64,000 nt of DNA from Eledone cirrhosa. Its lineage: Eukaryota. The notes beneath the pieces are model-generated. The model saw only the letters and a list, made by a program, of their open reading frames with translations. It had not been told where the DNA came from and did no database searches. The position numbers and the translations under genes are program-made. Numbering within the stretch: position 1 is the stretch's first letter; every line of letters starts with the position of its first letter. Shown one piece after another: positions 53,795-64,000 of the stretch. The stretch spans positions 125,736,001 through 125,800,000 of the forward strand of contig OZ024741.1 in assembly GCA_964016885.1 (NCBI GenBank), read 5' to 3'.

Positions 53795-54154
53795 AGAAAA
53801 AAGAGAATCAGTGTTGCGACGAATGGAATTTATTGGACATATTACAATCGTTTCTCTGGTGACCAGCTCGAGGCACGATCGATGTGATGATCGAACCTGA
53901 CTCTGAAAATCGCAAGGTCCTCAGATACGTCTTGATTCTACGAAGCAGATTTTCCAGACAGGAAAATCTGCTTCGTAGAATCGATCGTGCCTCGAGCTGG
54001 TCGCCAGAGAAACAATTGTAATATGTCCAATAAATTCCATTCGTCGCAAAACTGATTCTCTTTTTTTTCTGTAATATCATACTCTGCTCTATGAGAGCAT
54101 TGAGTGCTCATACGGCCTACCGCATACGGACGCTTTAAGCATCCAACACCAATT
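53789..54154 (+). mobile_element. Fold-back family E copy; extended HHR at 53838-53929 (-)
   Basis: Arms 53789-53955 and 53961-54075 (internal deletion), then a tail. Confidence 0.85.
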
Positions 54155-54177
54155 ATATATATATATATGTGTGTGTA

Positions 54178-54286
54178 AGTTTATCCCAAGTTCAATGGGG
54201 GGTAACCACAGTAAGTAAGGTACTCAATACATAGCAGAGTATAAATATTTAATATAGAAATGGCTTCTACAGGACTAGAACTGTTT
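54178..54286 (-). mobile_element. Family D tail remnant
   Basis: Homologous to 39188-39295. Confidence 0.7.
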
Positions 54287-54287
54287 A

Positions 54288-54561
54288 TATATATATACAT
54301 AAATGGCAATTTCTGTCTGTTTGATTGTGAACCTAAAACTCAAAAACTACTAAACTGATCTGGATGAAACTTGACACATTTTTTTGCCTGACCAATGCAA
54401 TCAACAATATTTGTTAGTATTATTGTTTCGTAAATGAATTTGTCTTCGCTTTTGATTATCTGTCCTATATTTTGATTTCATATTAGTCTGTGGGGCATAG
54501 GGCCTTTTAATGGGAACTGGGAATACTCCCGCTCCCGGGTAATACCGGGTACCTCAGCTAG
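54288..54561 (+). mobile_element. Non-autonomous Helitron-like element
   Basis: 3' CCCGG-GTAATA-CCGGG hairpin then CTAG|T; TCTGTCTGT near the 5' end. Confidence 0.6.
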
Positions 54562-54580
54562 TATATATATATATATATGT

Positions 54581-55535
54581 ACTAGACATGAAAAATGCGC
54601 AAGCTCAAAAGTGCCACAGAATGTTATAATAAACCTTCAAAAGTGTGGGACTAGAGTTGTTGCTAAAAAATATTGTAATCATTATATATCGTACATTCTG
54701 TGGCATCCTTTATAAAAATAGCTTAAACCAACGAAGCCTTTATTTTTACGTTATTTCACTTAGTTAATTCTTAGAGTGTAACATATAAAAATATGATTTA
54801 CAACTATAAAATAAATTAATTAATATAATAACAGAGCTGCGGAGCTGAAATTTAGGAAATAATTGAGTATCGGATCCTGAGTTGGAGCCAGTCAATTTTT
54901 GGCCGACTCCGCAGCCCTGTATAATACATTTCATATTAAAGTTATTAATAAACCTATTTTACACTGCATGCAAATGACCATGAGATATTGATATTAGATA
55001 TAAGATACAGCACAATATCTACAGCTGTAAAAGTACGAAAGCGAAGTAATAATAAGTGGCTTAAGGTAATTCCAATATGAAAGTTTGTAGTGATAAAAAT
55101 TTGATAATGCAATACGATTGTTAATATTATAGTTCTATGAAAATGTAACAATAGATAACTAAATTATTTTACTATTAGTATATTTAAGAAATTATCATTA
55201 TAGATTTGATCGTTCATATAAGCATCATATTAATTTTCAACACAATTATTTTGTTACTATGAGTATATGATAATAATATTACGTAATTATTTATAGCTGT
55301 TATTACATTAAACATAGATGTATTTATTTTTATGTTACACTCTAAGAATTAACTAAGTGAAATAGCGTAAAAATAAAGGCTTCGTTGGTTTACGCTATTT
55401 TTATAAAGGATGCCACAGAATGTACGATATATAATGATTACAATATTTTTTAGCAACAACTCTAGTCCCACACTTTTGAAGGTTTATTATAACATTCTGT
55501 GGCACTTTTGAGCTTGCGCATTTTTCATGTCTAGT
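54581..55535. repeat. ~210-bp inverted repeat with an AT-rich spacer
   Basis: 54581-54790 against 55326-55535. Confidence 0.9.
54832..54919. mobile_element. hAT-type MITE
   Basis: TIRs CAGAGCTGCGGAG / CTCCGCAGCCCTG; TSD TATAATAA / TATAATAC. Confidence 0.7.
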
Positions 55536-56321
55536 TTAATATTTTTTTAAGGCAACGCTTGTAATAACTCTAGTTAAACAGGATATATATTAATAATAAA
55601 TTATCGTTGTAATGTAATTAGATTATGTAATTGTTATTATAAATTATCTTATAAATATTAGTGTAAGATGTATAAAAATATTTTCAGACTTTTAATATAA
55701 TGTGTGTATATACAGGATGTCCCCCAAAAATATATACACACTTCAACAGCATTCTAATAACTATTGCCTATACAGGTAATCAAAGTGTCAATCGAATGTT
55801 AGTTTCGTGTTTTAACAGTACAAATTTACAATACACACATAAAACCAGTGTATATACATACATGAGTGTGTATACACATACATGAATGTGTATATACAAT
55901 ATATATGTATATATATATAGACACATATATTCACGGTGCAACGGAACATTAAAATATAGATGCGGGGGGGGGTATATATAGGGGCGCTGGGGATAAAGGA
56001 GTGTAAAGCGTAAGTGTGTAATTGATATATTGAAGGAGAGGAGCGTGCAGCGATAGAGTAACAAATATATAGAGAGGGGGAGAGATGGTATTGAAGGGGA
56101 GGAGTGCAAAGCGAAAGAGTAAGAGAGATATATATAGAGACGGAACAGATAGAGAGAAACAGGCGTAAGTAACAGTGGAAGAGATATAGAGAGAGGGGGT
56201 AATAAATAAATGGAAATATAAGTGTAACAGTATAAGAGATATATAGAGAGGGGGAAATGTGTTATTGAAGGGGAGGAGTGTAAAGTGAAAGCGTAAGATA
56301 TATATAGAGAGAGGGGGAATA

Positions 56322-56371
<50 letters not shown>

Positions 56372-56465
56372 ACACTTACTCTGATTGGTTGAAAATTAGC
56401 CAATGACATACGATCACCACCACCACGGCTATCCCCGGAAAATTTATGAAGAAGTTACGCATATA

Positions 56466-56520
56466 TGTTAGAACACGAAAAGTGAACATTCTGTTGTTTC
56501 ACACTTTTCGTGTTCTAACA
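56466..56520. repeat. 19-bp inverted repeat between TA tracts
   Basis: TGTTAGAACACGAAAAGTG / CACTTTTCGTGTTCTAACA. Confidence 0.85.
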
Positions 56521-56530
56521 GATATATATA

Positions 56531-56858
<328 letters not shown>

Positions 56859-56877
56859 ATATATATATATATATATA

Positions 56878-57139
56878 TATCACAAAAAGAAAGAGAATCA
56901 GTGTTGCGACGAATGGAATTTATTGGACACATTACAATCGTTTCTCTACCGACCAACTCGGGGCACGATCGTTGTGATGATCGAGGCACGATCGATCTGA
57001 AAATCGCAAGGGCCTCAGATACGTCTTGCTTCTACGAAGCAGATTTTCCAAATTTCTTTTTGTGATATCACACTTTGCTCTGTGAGAGCATCGAGTGCTC
57101 AAACGGCCTACCGCATACGGACGCTCTAAGCATCCAACA

Positions 57140-57142
<3 letters not shown>
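56878..57142 (+). mobile_element. Family E copy (long inverted arm, short forward arm, tail)
   Basis: Homologous to 53789-54154. Confidence 0.8.
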
Positions 57143-57194
<52 letters not shown>

Positions 57195-57195
<1 letters not shown>

Positions 57196-57410
57196 AGTAA
57201 GTATGTTTTGAAACAGTGAGCGAGTTTGAAATTAGAAAATATATAGCTTTCACCGTATTTTTAACTAAAGGAATTTTAGCTTGATAACGGGGTTTAGAAC
57301 CCTCAGATAAATGGAAAAAGATGAGTATTGACTAAAAGATGAGTATTAACTAAAATTCCTTTAGTTAAAAATACGGTGAAAGCTGTGAAAGCTATATATT
57401 TTCTAATTAT
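57195..57410 (-). mobile_element. Fold-back relative of the 46667 element
   Basis: Shared GGAAAAAGATGAGTATTGAC and AAATACGG(C/T)GAAAGCT; terminal arms. Confidence 0.7.
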
Positions 57411-57419
57411 ATATATATA

Positions 57420-57582
57420 TTCTCCTATGTAGAGTACTTAATATCGAAGTAGAGATTCAATATTCATTTTATCAAGGCATTTTATCAATAGTGAGTCTTG
57501 TTTACTCTGGAGTTTCACCTGTTTATCACATCTGGCGAAACTCCAGAGTAATAAGGCTCACTATCCAGCCTTGATAAATTAA
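57420..57582 (-). mobile_element. Fold-back mini-element carrying an HHR 3' half
   Basis: Arms about 57468-57519 and 57534-57578; GAAACTCCAGAGTA. Confidence 0.6.
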
Positions 57583-57741
57583 TATATAATATATCAGTGG
57601 CGAAGAGTAGCCTGGAAATCAGGGCATGCAGTCCAATCGCCATGGCGGAAAGTGGGGCTGTGCAGTCTTACACCGCCCCCGCCCCCCGCCCCCCAATTCC
57701 CTCTAAATGGCCCTCCCGGTCAAAGCCGCATGTAGTGTTAT

Positions 57742-57791
<50 letters not shown>

Positions 57792-57898
57792 AGGGGCTGA
57801 GCATGCCTCAGACACGTGTAGCCTTAACGTAATTCTCAGCATGTGACATGAGGACGTAATGACTGCGAGACCAAGCTGCGGCCATACATACACACACA

Positions 57899-57948
<50 letters not shown>

Positions 57949-57951
<3 letters not shown>

Positions 57952-58124
57952 TCTACTTTTTGGCACAAGGCCAGCAATTATCCCAGTGCATTACTGGTAC
58001 TTTATTTTATCGTCCCCGTAAGGATGAAAGGCAAAGCTAACCTTGGCAGGATTTGAACTCAGAACATAAAGGGCCATAACTCTATGCTGCAAATCAAGTT
58101 GTCTGACGCGCTACCGATTCTGCC
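57949..58124 (-). mobile_element. tRNA-derived SINE
   Basis: Reverse complement of the 16428 family. Confidence 0.75.
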
Positions 58125-58210
58125 ATGTGTGTATGTGTGTGTGTGTACAGGGCGTACAATGATGTAATAGATCAGACATTCACAATATATATATATATAT
58201 ATTATGAATG

Positions 58211-58285
<75 letters not shown>

Positions 58286-58469
58286 ATATTCATATACTTC
58301 TGTAAGTGTCGTGAACAGTACAATTGGCAAGGCCATGTTCTAACGCGTGTGCCAAATTTGGATAGCATTAAGCAACAGCAATAAAATGATGATGGCGATG
58401 ATGGTGATGATGGTGATGATGATTATGGTGGTATGATAATGTTTATGTAGCTTGTGATGATGACGGTTT

Positions 58470-58518
<49 letters not shown>

Positions 58519-59659
58519 AGGGTGTTACCGCAGAGGAGTAAAGTAAAGATTACTAATTTCACCACCGTAAAATAATAATAAAAATAATCAGAGCAATGCG
58601 TTTAGGTAGTAGCCCTGATGTCGCTAATGTCGTTTATATTTTATGCAGTGGACTTAATCGCAAACAAACAAACAAACAAAAACGAAACAGGTCTAGTGGA
58701 TAACGATTTAGTCTACTCGACTAGCGCATAGTTATGGGCCTGGACATGGGTGAGTGGTTTTAGAAGTTCGCTTCCTAATCATGTGATCCAGGGTTCAATC
58801 CCACTGCATGGTATCGTGATGAAGTATCTTTTACCATAGCTTCGTGTCAACCTGAACCTTGTGAGTGAAATTGGCTCGATGAAACTGAACTCATGTAGCG
58901 AACTTCTTAACCACTAACATACACATACACGTAAACACACACACAAACATCCATTTCAATCCAATCCAGGGTCTGTTGGAGGAACCCTTCCTTGGTTGAC
59001 TTACACTGCTTTCTGTTTAGTTTTGGTCATGTCAGGGGTGTAGCCCTACTCAACACGCTTGACCAATTGCGGATGGAGCTCTTGTTTTTTTTTTGCGCTG
59101 CTGGTGTTTCACTTACCGTCCTCACCAGACCCTCGGACCAGACTCTCGGTCTATTGAGGAAGCCGGTTTTGTCGCCGACCACTCGACCATGAAGCAGGTT
59201 GCACTGTTACCAGTAGCAAGCAGAAGCCTGACCTGACCTACAAACATACACACGCATAATTATATATAATGGAACACATTCACATATACATACATGCACA
59301 CGCACACACAAATATACATCCATATAATTATATCTAATTGGGCCAAAGAAGGTTCCTCTACGTCAAGGGTGTAAAATCATTTTCAATTCCAAGCCCTGGG
59401 GGTTAATTTCAAGTCCAAAAATATACAGCGGGGTGGAGCCCCACGTTGTGTTATCTTTTCTCCCGCTTACAGTAGAGCACGAAACTTGATGATTTATTAG
59501 TATTTGAGAAATGTTGATGATCGATATTTTGGAGCTAATTTCTTCCCAAGAGAGGCTTGATTGTTGGTGAAGGGGTAGCATCTCCGCCTTTTCAGTAACA
59601 GGAGGCAGGATTTGAACTCAGAACATACAAATCCCGGACAAATGTCACAAGGACCTGTT

Positions 59660-59950
59660 GGTGTATGTATAAACATTTGGAAAAGGGAGGTTAATGACTC
59701 ATTAACTGCTTAATGAACACAACCACAAGGATATGGTCCGAACGTGGAAGAGCCGAACTCCCACTGACATCGCCTCCATCTCCAAACCCCCTCTCTGTAT
59801 GGTGAGCAAATGGGGTCTCACGTGCTGGCCTCCCCACAGCCCCGGCGGACAGAATGGAGAAGGCGTTTCCCCGGAGGATGGTAAGGGAGATGCGCTGGAA
59901 GAGCCATTCCAACTCGCGAAGCTGACACCTGCGGCTGGCCGGCTCAGCAC
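59660..59950 (-). mobile_element. CRE-clade LINE 3' fragment
   Basis: EWLFQRISLTILRGNAFSIL. Confidence 0.7.
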
Positions 59951-61284
59951 CTTTTAATGTCCAACACTAACTACTTCGCTAATCCCACTGCCTATGAGTT
60001 ATTTACTTGAGGCCCACACGTGTGCTGATAAAAATAATCTAGTTTAGAATTTATGAATTCATAGATAGTTATTTATGCACGTGATTACACTAAGCAATAT
60101 TAATTAAAATGCTATGTAATACATTATTTAATCAGATAATCATATTGCTTTGAATATTGAAATAACAAAGTCGCCACAGAGTATAATGTTTAAAATTTAA
60201 GATTTAATGAGACGCCTTACCTTTCATCTTAATGAGAATGTTGGCCTCTGATTTGCTTAAGAAGGATCAGAGATATTAGATAAAACAGAAGCTGATTTTC
60301 AAGATTATTATCTATGAGTCTGTGAGGGTGGTGGATTGACAGAATCAGAACGACTGTCTAACTATTCACCGTCGTTTTAACTGAAAGGCAGGTGGCTTAG
60401 TGTTTAGAGAATTAGATTCGCAATCGTGAGGTTGCGAATTCGATTCCCATACCAGGCATTGCGCTATGTCTTTGAGCAACTTTATTTCACATTGCTCCTT
60501 CTGCCAGGAGTTGCAGCTAGTATCAGCTATAGAAAGACCAATGGAAACATTATTTCCTTGGTCCGATTTGACGTGCTCCACCTCACTCGGTAAGCGAATA
60601 AGGTCCGGGATCTTGTTGTTCGATTCCATTTTCTTTCTACGAAGGAATTAGCTCGCGTTGACATCATATCAAATTGTATACTTTCCTCCTGTTTTCATGA
60701 CTGTGTCAATGATATAATGAAAATGTAATGTCGCTGTTATTTTTAACGCAATGCGCGAAGCGACAACGTCTATGTTTCTCTCGTTAGCTGGTGTCAATAT
60801 TTTCATTTGGCATGGTAATAAATTACTCGATAACGTTTAACGGACAACTAAAATGAACTGGATATCATTAACGATCTTTGCCTGTGGCCTATCTCTCATT
60901 TACTTCCGTGTTGAAATGTTATAGCTCCAAGCATTTATCTTGTGTCTATATACAGTCACAGTAAATTTATAACAGTAAAGATGCTTAGCCTTGTGGTTAA
61001 GGTGTTGAATTCGCTCACGGTCATAAGATCTTGGGTTCGATTCTCAGATCAGGAGAATCATTTTATACTTGAGCAAGTTACTTTAAAAAATATAATTTGC
61101 CAACTATCTCCCCAAGATTAAATTATACTGATGTGATTAAAACGAAACGTGATTAACTTCCCCTGACATGGTTTGCCTAGTCTTTTCTCGAACAAACTAG
61201 TTTTGAACCGGTCTTGAAATTGCTAGGAGGACACTTGACCGAGATACCATGCTGTGGGATCTAAAAGTCTGTTTCGAGCGCGGG

Positions 61285-61547
61285 GGCTCATCAGGCTAGC
61301 CTTTATCCCAGTTTCCGTGGTGTTAAGCAACTGAGAATACAATACTCCCACACTCGGGACAGGACGCTAGTCTATTGTAGGGTCAAACCCCCAGCCACTG
61401 CTGGTACTCATTTTTAGCTGAGTATAGTGGAGCAACGTGAAATGAAGTGTTTTGCTCATGAACATAACGCACAACCCAGTACAGGAATCGAACTCACCAT
61501 ATTATGATCGTAAGTTCAACACTCTTACTTCTGGGCCACGCGCCTTC
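61285..61547 (-). mobile_element. CORE-type SINE
   Basis: GCTGGTACTCATTTTTAGCTGAG...AAGTGTTTTGCTCA...GGAATCGAACTC. Confidence 0.7.
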
Positions 61548-61692
61548 GCACTCTGTGGAATCGAACCTAAAAATTTATGATTACGAAGTGAACTTCTGAG
61601 TCACGGCCATAATGTGTTCACAAATGGCTAAAAGAAGGACAGAAAATAGAAAAATTATTAATGATTATACATACATATTACACACACACACA

Positions 61693-61728
<36 letters not shown>

Positions 61729-62242
61729 TGCATGTGTATATGTGTGTGTGCGTGTGTGTGCGAAGTGTGTGTGTATATATATATATATATATATGTCTTT
61801 GTGTGTGTATGTATGCCTACATACACACGGTCGTATGTATGTGTGTATGTATGTATAATCATTAATAATGTTTTTTTCTACTATCGATACTTTCAATGTA
61901 CGAGTATGTCCCTTAACCATTACTTTTCCTTCTGACTAGAAAGAGCGGATGTTTGCGTTGACAGTGTGTGTATATATATATATATATATACTGTTGGACA
62001 GTAAAGTAAGAGATCTGACATTCGCAGTGTATATATATATATACAGGTGGGGTGGGGCGACAGTGAACTAACAGATCAGACATTCAAATTGTATCATATC
62101 ATCTAATCTAGACCGCATTGTAACTGTGGCTAAAACCACTTAGCTATAAATATAGTGACTGCAATGGACGACGTAAGGAAATAACTCACCGCTGAAAGCA
62201 GTGATAGTGAGTGAGAACGTTGTAAAATCAATGATGTTAATA

Positions 62243-62727
62243 GTGGTGGCGGTGGTGGTGGTGGTGGCGGTGGTGGTGGAGTTGGTGGCGGCGGCGGCGG
62301 TGGTGGTGGTGGTGGTAGTGGTGGTGGTGGTGGTGGTAGTGGTGGCGTTGGTGGTAGCGGTGAAGTTGATGTTGATGGTGGTGTGGTGGCGGTGGTGGCG
62401 GTGGAGTTGGTGTTGTTGTTGTTGGTGGTGGTGGTGGCGGTGGCGGTGGCGGTGGCGGTGGCGGTGGTAGCGGTGGAGTTGGTGGTGTTGCTGTTGTCGT
62501 TGTTGTTGTTGTTGTAGTTGGTGGTGGTGGTGGTGGTGGTGGTGGCAGTTGTTGGTGGTGTTTTGGTGGTGGTGGTGGTGGTGATTGTGGTGGCGGCGGT
62601 GGCGGTTGTTGTTGGTTGTAGTTTGGTGCTGGTAGTGGTGGTAGTGGTGGTAATGGTGGTGGTTGTGGTGGTGGTGGTGGTGATGCTGGTGGTAGTGATG
62701 ATTGGTAGTGGTTGGTGGTTGTGATGG

Positions 62728-62759
<32 letters not shown>

Positions 62760-62780
62760 GGTAGTGGTAGTTGCTGTTGG
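62243..62780. repeat. (GGT/GTT/GGC)n compound repeat
   Basis: Directly visible. Confidence 0.9.
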
Positions 62781-62957
62781 GTTTTTTTTTGTGTGTGGCA
62801 GACTCTCTTAGATTGGATTGCGATTCCAGCTTTGTAAAAACCATTCTAAAAACCATAATAAAACCATTGTGTTTCTCTTATGTCATTAATGCCATTGAGA
62901 ACTGCACGGAATTCATCTCATAGATATGAAAAAACGAAAATACGACCAAGCCCAACA

Positions 62958-63180
62958 AATAATAATGATTTCTAATTTAGACATAGGCCAACAATTTTGT
63001 GACAAGGGAAAGTCGATTAAACTGATCTCAATGCGTCACTGGTACTTCATTCGTCGACCCTGTAAGGATGAAAGGCGAAGTTAACCATGGCGGCTTTTGA
63101 ACTCAGAACGTAAAGGGCCGTATTTAAATGCCGCAAAGCATTTTGTCCAACACTCAAATGACTCTCCCTATCCATCGCCC
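62958..63180 (-). mobile_element. tRNA-derived SINE
   Basis: GGATGAAAGGCGAAGTTAACC...TTTGAACTCAGAAC. Confidence 0.7.
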
Positions 63181-63359
63181 AAATCTATAAATAATTTGCA
63201 AATTTCCAACAAGAGAAATTCCTCCATGGGAAGGGATGAGATCACCTTGAGTAATTCGAGGTAAAATCTCCACACAACGTCTTGGATTACTCTCGATCAC
63301 CAAAGGCATGAAAAGTGTCCTCGCCCAGTTTTCCTCCTGTTTTAGAAATGCGTAGGCAG

Positions 63360-64000
63360 ATTACACCCCATTCTGCCACGTCAATTTCACCGCTCTAACA
63401 CACCTTCCGTGAAACACACTAGAAAGCAAAACGTTCTTCTTTACTTCCACTTTCCACTTCAAGTTGATGAAGGCTTAGCCGGAGAGGAAAATTCCTGTCA
63501 TCAAACATTTAGATATGTCCATCATACAGCTTCTTTCACCATAGCTACTAGGCAGAGGAAGACTTGCCCTGCTTTCCTTCTAAAGGAAGGTGGCAATCCG
63601 ATGTTCACTATAGACTCGGCTGATTACCGGATTTGCCCTACACGTGATAGCAACTGTTTGAGACAAGCCCACAAGCCTGCAATACTCGGATGCGGAGTGA
63701 TAGCATGCAGGACGGTTTCGTCGCCCTATGTGCATCTCAGACAGGTTTAGCTGTTGGTATTTCCCTGCCTGTAGAGCATGTTTCCTGTAACATTACCATG
63801 TTTTCCTGTAACATAATCATGACAAGGATTTTTTGGAAAATTTCCATAATCCCTAAAATACAAATCTTCCAGAATAGTCACCTAAGACAGTCTTCTTTGG
63901 CACCCAGAGCCGCTACCAGGCCACCATCGCTCATACCATCCACTAACCCTCTATAGAAAACAAGTGATGTATTTTGGAGTGCCGATTGCATTTTCCATCT
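63360..64000 (-). pseudogene. Old Tx1/L1-like LINE ORF2 C-terminal relic
   Basis: Manual translation DETVLHAI...IAGLWA...LLSRVGQIR..AESIV...VFLCLVAMVKE aligns with ORF 5678-6082. Confidence 0.75.

Noticed and set aside
58606-62897. Peptide similarity NDISDIRAT vs NGINDIRET ahead of triplet tracts
   Set aside because: Too short, followed by stops, and compatible with chance

Overview
AT-rich, microsatellite-saturated eukaryotic repeat region. The SINE families suggest a cephalopod (Octopus-like) genome; this is my recognition, not a database result. I can support no host gene, and most listed ORFs are microsatellite artefacts. Real coding remnants all come from transposons: at least five Penelope-like elements (PLEs; RT and/or GIY-YIG, including a Naiad-like one with an in-frame UGA), Tx1/L1, R4/Dong-like, CRE-like and RTE-like LINE fragments, and a hAT-like transposase relic. 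Non-autonomous Helitrons, MITEs, tRNA-derived SINEs and a 6.5-kb GTT/GGT satellite are also present. The main signal is non-coding. About 25 type-I hammerhead ribozyme (HHR) motifs from a dozen or more unrelated families sit in PLE pLTRs and in about 15 short fold-back elements inserted in (TA)n. Five unrelated families share a structure-conserved bulged hairpin (YACTC-stem-loop-stem-TY-GAGTR) a few nt beyond the point where the inverted copy stops, a candidate RT-recognition or priming signal. All alignment and folding was done by eye, so element boundaries are approximate.
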